From an uncultured delta proteobacterium (lineage in GTDB: Bacteria > Desulfobacterota > BSN033 > UBA1163): a stretch of 64,000 nucleotides of DNA. The translations under genes and the position numbers were made by a program. The notes under the pieces are model-generated. The model saw only the letters and a program-made list of their open reading frames with translations. It did not search any database and was not told where the DNA came from. Below, one piece after another: positions 19,594 through 29,214 of the stretch; position 1 is the first letter of the stretch; each line of letters opens with the position of its first letter. The stretch covers positions 256,001-320,000 of the forward strand of contig CAWHBU010000004.1 in assembly GCA_963827685.1 (NCBI GenBank). Reading direction: 5' to 3'.

Positions 19594-20289
19594 ATGAAGG
19601 TCCTTGGAATTATTGGGGGTATTGCCCCAGAGTCAACCGTTGATTATTATCGTTTGATCATTGCCTCATACCGCGAACAGAAGCGAGATGGGAGTTATCC
19701 CCCGATCATTATCAACAGCATCGACATGAAGAAGATGCTGGATTTAATAGCGGGTAAGGAGTTAGCAGGAGTAACAGAGTACCTCCTGGGTGAAGTGAAG
19801 AAACTGGCGCAGGCAGGAGCCGATTTGGGTTTGCTGGCTTCAAATACGCCGCACATTGTTTTTGAGGACATTCAACGGCAGTCGCCTCTTCCTTTGATCA
19901 GTATTGTGGACGCGGCTTGCGAGGCCACGAAAGCACTGGGGATCAAAAAAATTGGCCTGTTCGGCACGCGCTTCACGATGCAGGGAGAATTCTACCCCGA
20001 GATATTCTCAAGGCAGGGGATTGCAGTTGTCGTACCTGACTTGGATGATCAGGACTATATTCACGAAAAATACATGAGCGAATTGGTCAATGGCATCTTT
20101 CTGGCCGAAACGCGGGAGCGATTGTTGTCAATCGTGGACCGTTTGAAGGAGAAGCAGGGTATTAAAGGCCTGATTCTGGGGGGAACGGAATTGCCATTGA
20201 TCCTGCGGGATGTAGTCGGCAGGGGGATTCCATTCTTGAATACCACTAAGATTCATGTAGAAAGCGCCATTGCCAAAATGTTTTCGTAG
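19594..20289 (+). CDS. aspartate/amino-acid racemase family protein lacking both catalytic Cys
   Basis: GIIGGIAPEST.DYY, ASNTPH, GTRFTM, GGTELP. Confidence 0.85.
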   Translation: MKVLGIIGGIAPESTVDYYRLIIASYREQKRDGSYPPIIINSIDMKKMLDLIAGKELAGVTEYLLGEVKKLAQAGADLGLLASNTPHIVFEDIQRQSPLPLISIVDAACEATKALGIKKIGLFGTRFTMQGEFYPEIFSRQGIAVVVPDLDDQDYIHEKYMSELVNGIFLAETRERLLSIVDRLKEKQGIKGLILGGTELPLILRDVVGRGIPFLNTTKIHVESAIAKMFS

Positions 20290-20327
20290 GGAGACGCCAA
20301 CCTTTAGATGCTTGGGACTTCGATAAT

Positions 20328-21164
20328 ATGAAATTTTACAAGTACCACGCCCTTGGCAACGATTATGTGGTTCTGGATCCCCGAGACCAGCCACTTGCTC
20401 TTACTTCGGATCAAATCAAAGCCGTCTGTCACCGTCACTATGGCATCGGGTGTGATGGAATTATATTAGGCCCGCTATCATCCACAAAGGCTCCTTTTTT
20501 GCTGCGTATTTTTAATCCGGATGGAAGTGAGGCGGAAAAGAGCGGCAATGGTCTTCGTATCTTCTGTCGCTACCTCTGGGACCGCAAGCTGGTCGGCAGC
20601 CGAACATTCGATATTGAAACAAAGGGTGGCATGGTTCGATGTCTCGTGTTGGACGGTGGGAAACGAGTTCAGGTTGAGATGGGGCGGGTGAGCTTTTGGA
20701 GTAAAGATATTCCCGTTGCTGGAGAGCCCCGTGAGGTGCTGCAGGAGTCGATCACCATTGGCGAGGAGACCTTTCGTTTCAGCGGCGCAACGATAGGCAA
20801 TCCGCATTGCGTCATTCCGGTTCAAGACCTTTCCCCGGAGTTGGCCAAAAAATATGGCCCTCTTTTGGAGGTTCATCCGTTGTTTCCGAATCGCACCAAT
20901 GTACAGTTCCTCAAGGTGCTGGATCGGAACAACATCCGGATCGAGATTTGGGAGCGAGGGGCGGGCTACACGTTGGCTTCGGGCAGCAGTAGCAGTGCGG
21001 CCGCTGCGGTGGCGCGGAAACTGGGTATGTGCGATTCGCAAATTACTGTCCATATGCCAGGCGGGAAGATCAGCATTTCGGTAGATGAAAACTTCGGCAT
21101 CGTCATGGTTGGACCGGTAACACGAATCGCCGAAGGACAATTGGCAGATGAAGTGTTTGAATAA
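20328..21164 (+). CDS. dapF: diaminopimelate epimerase-like protein (Cys-to-Ser at both catalytic sites)
   Basis: KYHALGNDY, NPDGSEAEKSGNG, GNPH, TNVQF, WERGAGYTLASGS. Confidence 0.85.
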   Translation: MKFYKYHALGNDYVVLDPRDQPLALTSDQIKAVCHRHYGIGCDGIILGPLSSTKAPFLLRIFNPDGSEAEKSGNGLRIFCRYLWDRKLVGSRTFDIETKGGMVRCLVLDGGKRVQVEMGRVSFWSKDIPVAGEPREVLQESITIGEETFRFSGATIGNPHCVIPVQDLSPELAKKYGPLLEVHPLFPNRTNVQFLKVLDRNNIRIEIWERGAGYTLASGSSSSAAAAVARKLGMCDSQITVHMPGGKISISVDENFGIVMVGPVTRIAEGQLADEVFE

Positions 21165-21182
21165 GGAATCTGGACGGAAAAA

Positions 21183-21380
21183 GCGGTACGTCCATAAAAA
21201 TATAAGAATCTATCCTTCCTTGAGTTTGAAATGTCTCTTTTCGATGATCCTCGCCGTTCGACTCCTCGGATGATGAGATGGTGGACTCCACCAGGGTAAT
21301 CGATCCTTGCTTTCCGGGGCATGAAAACACACCATCAAACCCTAACCAACATGTCAACTTATAATTCTATGGATGTCCCC
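21183..21380 (-). mobile_element. internally deleted REP-associated (RAYT/Y1) transposase element
   Basis: Encodes MPRKARIDYPGGVHHLIIRGVERR from 21322 on the minus strand; imperfect ~24-bp inverted ends ggtacgtccataaaaatataag / cttataattctatggatgtcccc. Confidence 0.75.
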
Positions 21381-21401
21381 TTCTATTTAAAGCCAAATGG
21401 A

Positions 21402-21689
21402 CTACTTATCCTTTTTCGGAGGACACTCGAAGCCCCAAAATCTTGCTTTCAATTGGCCTTGTTTCAATCCGTAAAAATCACAAACTTTTTGATACCCTGG
21501 ACAAAACTCAGTCGCTTTTTGATCCATTAAAGCTGTGATTGCGTTTTCGTTCGACCATGTCGGAGAGGTATAAACAAAACTCATTAGATAGATGTTTTCT
21601 TTTATCGGGTATACTTCGTGTGACCTAACCGTAGTGCACCCAGCTAACAACGCTAAAGCCAACAAAATTAACCACCACATCCTTTTCAT
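21402..21689 (-). CDS. small lipoprotein
   Basis: MKRMWW...LLAGC lipobox; AAGGAGG RBS. Confidence 0.75.
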   Translation of the reverse strand: MKRMWWLILLALALLAGCTTVRSHEVYPIKENIYLMSFVYTSPTWSNENAITALMDQKATEFCPGYQKVCDFYGLKQGQLKARFWGFECPPKKDK

Positions 21690-21889
21690 TTCTATTTCCT
21701 CCTTAAAAATGGGGAGATGATGAACTTAGGGTCCACCGTGCTCACAGCGAAACCTGGTAGAATTCTCCTTTTCTATTTTTCGGTGAATTGTTATACATTG
21801 TGAATCACTCCTGCCTCTCTACTCCATTCCTTTCTCCTTTTCCACCACATCACCTCCTTCTTTTAGTTTCCTATCCTTAGCCCTCTTTT

Positions 21890-22105
21890 TCACCCTTTCC
21901 CAAACCGCTTGAGCGTTCTGTAAAAGTCAGGGCGATCTTCCTTCGTCCATTCGATATCATCAAGAAATGCCCTCACAGTCATCTTACTGTCTTTTTCCGA
22001 CTCGCTCATCCAAAACTCTCCTTGAAGAAGCCATGGCACAACGAGAATCGCTACGTCCGGATACTGTGCAGACCTGTAGCTGTACTCGTTAGGCCAAGGG
22101 GTCAA
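21890..22105 (-). CDS. hypothetical protein
   Basis: Co-oriented ORF with a G-rich RBS; no motif. Confidence 0.4.
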   Translation of the reverse strand: MTPWPNEYSYRSAQYPDVAILVVPWLLQGEFWMSESEKDSKMTVRAFLDDIEWTKEDRPDFYRTLKRFGKG

Positions 22106-22240
22106 TTGATACCCCCCCTTTCAGATTGAGTTTTGTTTAGGACAAATTTAAGGGAGAACGAGCAGACCTCAGACTTTTAAACATGCCTGCTCATTTTCCT
22201 CTTAGCCTCTGAAAGCATTGTTTCGGAGAACAAAAAGATC

Positions 22241-22348
22241 TTAGCGTTTCTTCGCTTTCGCTCTGATGGTCTTCCACCCTTTCTTTGCTGCCGCTACTTT
22301 CTTTGGATCTTTAGCCTTCTTGACCTGCTTCTTTCCGCTCTTTTTCAC
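22241..22348 (-). CDS. 35-aa lysine-rich basic protein (MKKSGKKQVKKAKDPKKVAAAKKGWKTIRAKAKKR)
   Basis: AAAGGAGG RBS before GTG; downstream of a sigma54-type promoter. Confidence 0.6.
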   Translation of the reverse strand: MKKSGKKQVKKAKDPKKVAAAKKGWKTIRAKAKKR

Positions 22349-22397
22349 CTTGTATCCTCCTTTTACGGTCATTTTACTTTCCCCTAAGATGCTTAAG

Positions 22398-22413
22398 AGC
22401 AAACATTATGCCA
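22398..22413 (-). promoter_or_regulatory. sigma54 -24/-12 promoter
   Basis: Minus strand reads TGGCATAATGTTTGCT with consensus spacing. Confidence 0.7.
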
Positions 22414-23126
22414 ATTACTGTTCCATCACGTGAACTCCAGGGAGGCTTATCGGGCTTGGAATCAGAGTGTTTAAAAACTCGTGCAATGTTAAGAAGTTGT
22501 AAGATTTGGGTTAGTGAATTGATGAAAAAAGTGTTTCTAAGATTTAAAATATGGCCTTATTTCAAGTCTTAGGCATATTGGCATAATTCTATACAGGCAC
22601 GACAGATTGTGCATTTATGAAGCCTTTGCACAAGGCAAAAAAAGCCTACCCCTAAGGTGAGCCTTAAGTGTGTGTCCTCTTTCGGAGAAATCGCCCTCTC
22701 CGGTTAATTAGAAGCCCGCTTTAGCCAAAGAGCTTTTGCATTGAAGGGGTTCCCCATATAGAAGCTCCGAGGACTCCTTACTGAAATTAACAATTCCAAA
22801 AATTCTTAAAAAGGTGTATATTATAATTGCAAACCGTTAACACCATCTTATCTCGTTATTTTAACAAGCAACAATGTCTTCAGGCATATTCACTGGTTCG
22901 AAAGTGTTTTTTGAGGGGCGGGAGAATTATTGAGTTACTATTGCAAGATTTTAGCTTAGAGGATTGGCGATACGATCCATCAGAAAACCCATGGCGGAAT
23001 ATACCTAACGTGTCATGAAATTTATTCATTACTTGGTTATAGCAATCGTCGGCGCATTGATCACTATTTATGGTCGAATCCTTGCGGTTCGCTGGACTGA
23101 ATATTATCGGTTGCGTGCTCTTCTCA

Positions 23127-23236
23127 TTCGGTGTCGTGATGGTTGGGCCGGTAACCCGAATCGCCGAAGGACAATTGGCAGATGAATTGTTTCAATAAAG
23201 CATCTGGACGGAGAAAGGAAAAGCGGGGACGTCCCC
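23127..23236 (+). repeat. copy of the dapF 3' end followed by the palindrome GGGGACGTCCCC
   Basis: Matches ~21093-21190. Confidence 0.85.
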
Positions 23237-23302
23237 TATTCCCTTTTCGAGAATAAGCTCCTTTTTTGTCAAGATAATTTCAGGTACCTTCGCCCCTCTC
23301 TA

Positions 23303-24748
23303 TCAGTTCTTCCGACCTGCCGCTTTGCGTCTTTCATGATAGGACACAAACTTGCTCAGGGAAGAGGCCGCCCGCTGAATCGAATGGAAAACGGCGAATC
23401 CTGCCGCAATCAGCTCCTTTCCTACCTCATAGGCAAACTGCCTCATGGCGGCGGAAGCGAAGCTGTGCAGGATGACGGCCAGAGGCTTCCGGAGCGCCCC
23501 CTTGACCTCGCCGATCAGCTGCACATAGATCCTTAACAGGAGGTCCTTGTCTTCCGTGGAAATGAGGCCGAAATGGTCGAATGCAATCTGCATGACCAGC
23601 AGGTCCGCTTCGTCGCATTGGTCGATCGTTTTCATAATATTCATGAAGATCTCGGGCGATTCGAAATTATTGATATCGACGGGGTTTTTGAAAATGCGTC
23701 CGGCCTCGGAAGGAAAAGTGTCGATCAGCTTTTTACGAAGTCCATCGCTCAGCCGGGGCAGGACGAGTCCGGCATGCGTAAATGCATCCGCCAGGATCAC
23801 GCTTGCGCCGCCGCCTATCCCGATGATAACCGTTTTCCTTCCTCCCGGGACTGGCAGGCGTTGCAGCGCCATGGTGATATCCATCATCTCTTCAATGCTG
23901 TCCGTGCGGACGACCCCCGCCTGGCGCAGTGCACCTTCCCACACCCGGTCTGAACCGGCCATGGCGGTGGTATGTGATTTCGCCGCCTCGGCCCCCGATT
24001 CGGTTGTCCCGACTTTAAAGATGATGACGGGCTTGTCCTTCGCGGTCGATTTCAGGGCCTTCAAGAATCGCGGGCCCTCTTTCACGCCTTCGATATAAGC
24101 GGTAATGATTTTTGTTTCGTCATCCTGCGCCAGGTATTCCAGGTAATCGGACTCGTTCAGATCGGCGCCGTTGCCCATGCTGATCACCTTGCTGAAAAAG
24201 ATGCCCCGGCCCATGCCTTCCCGAACACAGTGCGCAGAGTTCCCCCCGCTTTGAGAGATCATGGCCACCGGACCGCTCGCTCTTTCAAAGTCGCCATTGA
24301 AGGTGAGGCCGCCGGCGGGGCAGTAAAGGCCCAGGCAATTCGGCCCGATCACGCGGATGCCGCCGGCCTTTGCCTTGGCTATGATCTCCGCCTGCAGGCG
24401 TTCGCCTTCGCTATTTTCTATCTCGCCGAAACCCGAGGTGAAAAAATGGATCGCCTTCACGCCTTTTTCAGCCGCATCCGCCACGAGCTGCGGTGTATAG
24501 GGGGCGGGGATGGCGGAGATGACGAAATCGATCTGATCAGGAATTTCTTTCACGCTTTGATAGATTTTCATGCCCATGACCTCGCCGCCGGAAGGGTTCA
24601 TGGGGTATATCTTACCCTTGAATCCGAATTGCATCAGGGCCTCGAGAAATTTCAGGCCGGCATTGAATTGCTTGGTTTTCTCCGACACGCCGGCGATGGC
24701 GATTGTTTTGGGATGAAATAGAAAATCAAGATCTGCACCACGTTTCAT
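23303..24748 (-). CDS. CoA-binding protein, acyl-CoA synthetase (NDP-forming) alpha-subunit-like
   Basis: FLFHPKTIAIAG.S, SGFGE, IGPNCLG, SQSGG, SHT phospho-His; upstream ORF extension is repeat-derived. Confidence 0.9.
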   Translation of the reverse strand: MKRGADLDFLFHPKTIAIAGVSEKTKQFNAGLKFLEALMQFGFKGKIYPMNPSGGEVMGMKIYQSVKEIPDQIDFVISAIPAPYTPQLVADAAEKGVKAIHFFTSGFGEIENSEGERLQAEIIAKAKAGGIRVIGPNCLGLYCPAGGLTFNGDFERASGPVAMISQSGGNSAHCVREGMGRGIFFSKVISMGNGADLNESDYLEYLAQDDETKIITAYIEGVKEGPRFLKALKSTAKDKPVIIFKVGTTESGAEAAKSHTTAMAGSDRVWEGALRQAGVVRTDSIEEMMDITMALQRLPVPGGRKTVIIGIGGGASVILADAFTHAGLVLPRLSDGLRKKLIDTFPSEAGRIFKNPVDINNFESPEIFMNIMKTIDQCDEADLLVMQIAFDHFGLISTEDKDLLLRIYVQLIGEVKGALRKPLAVILHSFASAAMRQFAYEVGKELIAAGFAVFHSIQRAASSLSKFVSYHERRKAAGRKN

Positions 24749-24786
24749 AAGAGGCATCTTTCTTTTACGAAGATATATTCCGGTCA

Positions 24787-25170
24787 TGCCGAGGCAGCAC
24801 CGTCCCAAAGACATAAACCACCTCAGGTCTGTTGTCAATGGAAGATGTTGTTGCGAGCGGTCGAAGCGAAGCATGTATGCGGAGGCAATCGCTTTACTGG
24901 AAAGCGGCGCAGTGAATCTTCCTTGATTCATGCCGAAAGCATCGTAAGACTCTTGCATTTGGGTAGAGGAAGACTTCGGTATCGTCATGGTTGGGCCGGT
25001 AACCCGAATCGCCGAAGGAGAATTGGCAGACGAGATGTTTCAATAAGGAATCTGGACGGATGATGATATGGTGGACTCCACCAGGGTAATCGATCCTTGC
25101 TTTCCGGGGCATGAAAACACGCTATCAAACCCCATCCAACATGGCAACTTATGATTTTATGGACGTCCCC
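24787..25170 (+). repeat. collapsed mosaic: 73-bp segment (also at 26249-26321), enoyl-CoA hydratase 3' end, dapF 3' end, RAYT 5' fragment, GGACGTCCCC end
   Basis: 24871-24943 matches 19504-19577; 24956-25060 matches 21073-21178; 25058-25170 matches 21268-21380. Confidence 0.9.
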
Positions 25171-25504
25171 CTATTCGTCTATTCGTACTTCCATTTCAAG
25201 GCGACCGCAGGACTTCATGTGAGAGATACGGATGGATGACTGGATAGAAATCCGAATTAAAGCGAAGCGGTAAAGAATTCTATTGTTGGCCATGAATGAG
25301 CACCTTAGATCAAATGACTAAATTCATCCCCTTAGGTCAAATTGCCCTCTTTGACCCAAAGGAACATTTGTTTCTTGACAAGCCTAACTTTTTTATGGAT
25401 GACCCCATTTTTTCCTGACATTCTTGCATCATTTGTGGTATATCATAATATCAAGATAATTCAGACCACCCGCGAGGGTGGGACTAAAAGCCATGGGAGG
25501 AACC

Positions 25505-26185
25505 ATGAATAAAATGTACGCCTTTTTCACCCAACTCCGCCACTCCCCAATCTCCTGCCTCGCCGCCGTCATCCTGGTCATGTTAGCCTGGAGCAGCCTT
25601 GCGCTCTGCGGCGAGATTCATGATGCGGCCAAGAAAGGTGATTTGGAAAAGGTCAAGGCGCTGCTCAAGGCCAATCCTGATTTGGTTTCCAGCAAAGATA
25701 ACTGGGGCGAGACGCCTTTGTTCCAGGCGGCGAATGGGGGTAAAAAAGATGTGGCAGAATTGCTGTTGGCAAACAAGGCCGATGCCAATGCCAAGTCCAA
25801 ATATGGCTGGACACCTTTGCACTTTGCAGCGTCTAATGGACACAGGGACGTAGCGGCATTGTTGCTGGCGAACAAGGCCGACGTTAATGCCAAGGATACA
25901 ACCGGCTGTACACCTTTACACTATGCATCGGCTATGGGCAAAAAGGACGTAGCGGCATTGCTGCTGGCCAATAGGGCAGAGGTCAGTGCCAAGAACAAAT
26001 ATGGCCAGACGCCTTTGCACTTTGTGGCGACTTCAGGCGAAAAGGACGTGGCGGCATTGCTGCTGGCAAATAAGGCAGAGATCAATGCCAAGGACAAGGA
26101 CGGCAATACGCCTTTATACCAGGCGGCGAAGCGGGGTAAAAAGGACGTGGCGGAATTACTTCGCCAGCACGGCGGCCACGAATAG
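25505..26185 (+). CDS. secreted ankyrin repeat protein
   Basis: Signal-peptide-like N-terminus; about six 33-aa G.TPLH..A..G repeats. Confidence 0.92.
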   Translation: MNKMYAFFTQLRHSPISCLAAVILVMLAWSSLALCGEIHDAAKKGDLEKVKALLKANPDLVSSKDNWGETPLFQAANGGKKDVAELLLANKADANAKSKYGWTPLHFAASNGHRDVAALLLANKADVNAKDTTGCTPLHYASAMGKKDVAALLLANRAEVSAKNKYGQTPLHFVATSGEKDVAALLLANKAEINAKDKDGNTPLYQAAKRGKKDVAELLRQHGGHE

Positions 26186-26639
26186 CTTTAGAGAGAGCAG
26201 CGTAATGAGAAGGCGGACGTCCCCCTATCTTCGTCCCCCTATCTTCCGTGCCGGGACAGCACCGTCCTAAAGACATAAACCACCTCAGGTCTGCTGTCAA
26301 TGGGAGATGCTGTTGCGAGCGATCGTGATTGCGTATGAAAACCAGGGCCCCTCAATCTCCGATCAGGATAAAGGAGGAAGGGTAGCCTGCCCGCCCTGTA
26401 CCATATTAGGTTCAGGGCCTGCCCCGCCCTCGGTCTATTGATAGTGCGGGACCGGGGCCGGCAAGCAGGGGGGATTTGAAAGCATTTTCAGGGGTCAACA
26501 CAGGAGATCATAGACATAAAGCCTCCGATAAACAATCAATTAGAATTGCCGATTACAAAGAGTTAGGTTGGGCTTTCTATATGATCTGAAGATTTACGAT
26601 TGAAATCGAGTATAACGGCTAGGTTTCAGCCGCGCCTGC

Positions 26640-27590
26640 TCACAAGTTCCCTGGCACTGGTGCGAGAAGATCCGCAAGTGTGCTCGGCTTCGGTTCGGCC
26701 AGGCCAACGAAGAAACGATGCCCTTCGTTGCCATCCCAAATGAACGGCGATTCGGTGCCACAGCACCAAAACGCCAGATAAGTGTAGGCGAACCGCGTGG
26801 CAAACTCTGGCGTCTCCCGCAGGACTCGCGCGATGACCGCCCGAACTGCAGCCATACCATCAAACACGACGGACTCCTGCGCAAACTTACCACCCATTCC
26901 CCCCGGCCTACCCAATCGATGCACGTAGCTATCTCTCGCGTCCTTCAATTCCATCAGGCGGCACCATTCGTTGCCCTCACGATCCAGCGAAGCACCGGTT
27001 AGAAATCGGAAGATGAACTGGATGCGTTCAGACACTCCCTGATAGTAGGGTTCTTCGACGGGACTTCCTGACTTGTCCAGCCGCAGACGCACTTCTTGAA
27101 GCAATAATCGCGTTTCTGGCGGCAATGATGCCTTCCGCTGTTCGGCAACAATGCTGGCAAATTCGTTCATCAATGTTTCAAGGGCCCACCAAGCGTGAAT
27201 CACTGCTGATGAATAACACCGAATTGCTCCGAGGGGGTATCTCTTCGGGAAGTTGTTCGCGATCGCGATTCGGTAAAGCTGGACCTCCGCCTTGGCAGCA
27301 TCAAGTGTCCACAGGGGAAGGAATAGTTTCTCCAGGGTCTCGAATCGAATTCCCAAGACCCCGCCGGCCTTTTTGTGAGCCCAGAGGCGCTTCAGCAGAT
27401 CCGGGCTTGGCTCTGCCCATTTGTCGATCATGGCCAGAGTCTCAACTACGAACAGGACTCGGAAGCTGGGGTAGGAGGTCTTGTAGATCTCCATCAAACG
27501 ATCCCATCGTTTGTGATAGGACGGTTCCTCAAAGAAGTTGTCATAGGCGGGATCGAATTCCTCAATCAAGTGAGCCGCTCCAGAAACCAT
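26640..27590 (-). CDS. hypothetical protein with a C-terminal HEPN-like RX4H motif
   Basis: LMELKDARDSYVH; half attC-like tail (gcggctgaaacctagccGTTATAC) after the stop. Confidence 0.6.
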   Translation of the reverse strand: MVSGAAHLIEEFDPAYDNFFEEPSYHKRWDRLMEIYKTSYPSFRVLFVVETLAMIDKWAEPSPDLLKRLWAHKKAGGVLGIRFETLEKLFLPLWTLDAAKAEVQLYRIAIANNFPKRYPLGAIRCYSSAVIHAWWALETLMNEFASIVAEQRKASLPPETRLLLQEVRLRLDKSGSPVEEPYYQGVSERIQFIFRFLTGASLDREGNEWCRLMELKDARDSYVHRLGRPGGMGGKFAQESVVFDGMAAVRAVIARVLRETPEFATRFAYTYLAFWCCGTESPFIWDGNEGHRFFVGLAEPKPSTLADLLAPVPGNL

Positions 27591-27619
27591 CTTTTTTGGT
27601 GCGATTATCTCTTATGCTG

Positions 27620-27805
27620 CTTCTATATTTTCCTAAATCTTAAACCAATAAAGGCTCTCTTCCGGTCAAAAAGGTTTGAACTTTATGCCATTTTCCCAGA
27701 AAAGGTTGTCCTGAACAATATTATATAGAATCCAGTTAATTTCAGAATGAATAATTCTCCGAGGTTCAAGAGTCCCCATTCCCACTTTTCGGTTGTAATA
27801 TACAT
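27620..27805. repeat. AT-rich ~185-bp intergenic module, copy 1
   Basis: Shares cttaaaccaataaaggctctcttc, aaaaggttgtc.tgaacaa.attatatagaat and ggttgtaatataca with 29035-29214. Confidence 0.8.
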
Positions 27806-27894
27806 CTTTTTTGAAGACTTGAGAAGCCAAATTTTTAGAAAGGAGTATTGGGCGGGAGTTTGGTCAGGACGCAAACTGCGTTTACTTAACAAAC

Positions 27895-28359
27895 TTAAGT
27901 ACGTCCCCCGGGAGATTCCCCCGGAAGGATGGCTTCGAGGTCTGTGGCGCCCACTGCACGAGCGCGGCGCTCGAGCAGTTCGGCAACAATTTCGAGCGGC
28001 TCAAACCATTCGTCAGGACTGACAGACGGCAGTTTTTCGCCAAGGTTTTCGAGCATTGAGCGCATTGCCTGAAACTCGGTGTCGCTTGGCTCGTAGCGCG
28101 CATGATGAGCACATTTATTGCGCATCGTGTTCACGAAGCGCAACGCGTCGGCGAGTTTCGGTTCAATGACTGCTAGCGCCTCGCAAAGAGCCACGAGCAT
28201 CTGAAAGCCCAAAGTCCTATTTCGGAACAAAGCGTCGGGATTCGGTAGCTTGGCGAACAGGCTTCGGACTAAGAGATGCTCAAGCCAGAGATGGCTAGAG
28301 ATAACGAAAGACTTGCCAATGGTTTGACCGTCAACGTAGCGAAGGAGATTGCTCTCCAT
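27895..28359 (-). CDS. HEPN-like protein
   Basis: HLWLE...MRNKCAH RX4H motif; 3' end runs into the ACGTCCCC junction. Confidence 0.6.
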   Translation of the reverse strand: MESNLLRYVDGQTIGKSFVISSHLWLEHLLVRSLFAKLPNPDALFRNRTLGFQMLVALCEALAVIEPKLADALRFVNTMRNKCAHHARYEPSDTEFQAMRSMLENLGEKLPSVSPDEWFEPLEIVAELLERRARAVGATDLEAILPGESPGGRT

Positions 28360-28398
28360 CGAACAGACCCCTCCTGTATCGAAACGCTCGTTCTTGCC

Positions 28399-28480
28399 GC
28401 TTAACGCTACTCCTCACGCGTTGCAGTGAGGCCGTCCGCGGCCCCACTACAATCGCGTGCAGGAGGCTGTCCGGTTGATC
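28399..28480 (-). other. attC-like site
   Basis: Minus strand: GATCAAC..ctcctgcacgcg..tgtagtggggcc / ggcctcactgca..cgcgtgaggag..GTTAAGC. Confidence 0.7.
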
Positions 28481-28991
28481 CTTCACGAGTGTCGAGAATG
28501 AGTTCCTTCGTCCACCCAGGAAGTGTTCCATGTTTCGGATGGCGGTTCAGTTTCCATAGGAACCCGTACACGCTGCCAACGGGCAGGACGAAGTGGGTTT
28601 GAAGTAGGCTACTGGTGTTGGGCTCGAGAAGGAACTCCTCTAGTTCTTTATAGGGTTGAGTCACGTATACAGGGTTGTGCAGATCGGCTTGCAGAGAGAG
28701 TGGACCCTCACGGAGGTCGCCGGGGATTCTGTAAACTGAAACGTTAGAGGTCTTGGTGTCGAGGTGGACGGGGAGCGGGCTGTGATTGTTCCATGTTGCA
28801 CTGAGTGTCACTAGCACACGCCCATCGCAAATAGGGATCGTTTCTGCCGACAACTTACCGTCGATAGATGGCATGTCCTTCTTCGAGCGGAGGTGTTCCG
28901 CGAAGAGCTTGTTGAGGAGAACCCAGAGTCCATACACTAGAACCGCGACGGTGGGGACCCACTCGCGGAGAAAAGTGAGCACTGCTTTCAC
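28407..28991 (-). CDS. hypothetical protein with one N-terminal TM helix
   Basis: Hydrophobic segment near residues 10-30; C-terminus reads through the attC-like site. Confidence 0.6.
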   Translation of the reverse strand: MKAVLTFLREWVPTVAVLVYGLWVLLNKLFAEHLRSKKDMPSIDGKLSAETIPICDGRVLVTLSATWNNHSPLPVHLDTKTSNVSVYRIPGDLREGPLSLQADLHNPVYVTQPYKELEEFLLEPNTSSLLQTHFVLPVGSVYGFLWKLNRHPKHGTLPGWTKELILDTREGSTGQPPARDCSGAADGLTATREE

Positions 28992-29034
28992 CTTCTATAT
29001 CTCTTTCTCCCAACCGAACTTATTTTTTAGCTCG

Positions 29035-29214
29035 TTCTATATTTTTATTAAACCTTAAACCAATAAAGGCTCTCTTCTGCTCAAAAGGTCGAGATTTCAT
29101 AGCATTTTTCCGCAAAAGGTTGTCTTGAACAACATTATATAGAATTGACTTAATTTTAGAATGAATTATTCACAGGGGCAGACCCACATTGTTCATTTAT
29201 GGTTGTAATATACA
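29035..29214. repeat. AT-rich ~180-bp intergenic module, copy 2
   Basis: See 27620-27805. Confidence 0.8.

Noticed and set aside
24749-24988. 80-aa N-terminal extension of the CoA-binding ORF
   Set aside because: Chance read-through across antisense repeat fragments; the family N-terminus starts near 24748.
25600-26185. Regular ~99-bp DNA repeats resembling an array
   Set aside because: They are in-frame ankyrin repeats, not CRISPR repeats or spacers.
21073-26321. Recurring dapF-end and GGACGTCCCC repeats as a CRISPR array or prophage att sites
   Set aside because: Spacing is irregular and kilobase-scale, with no cas, integrase or phage structural genes.
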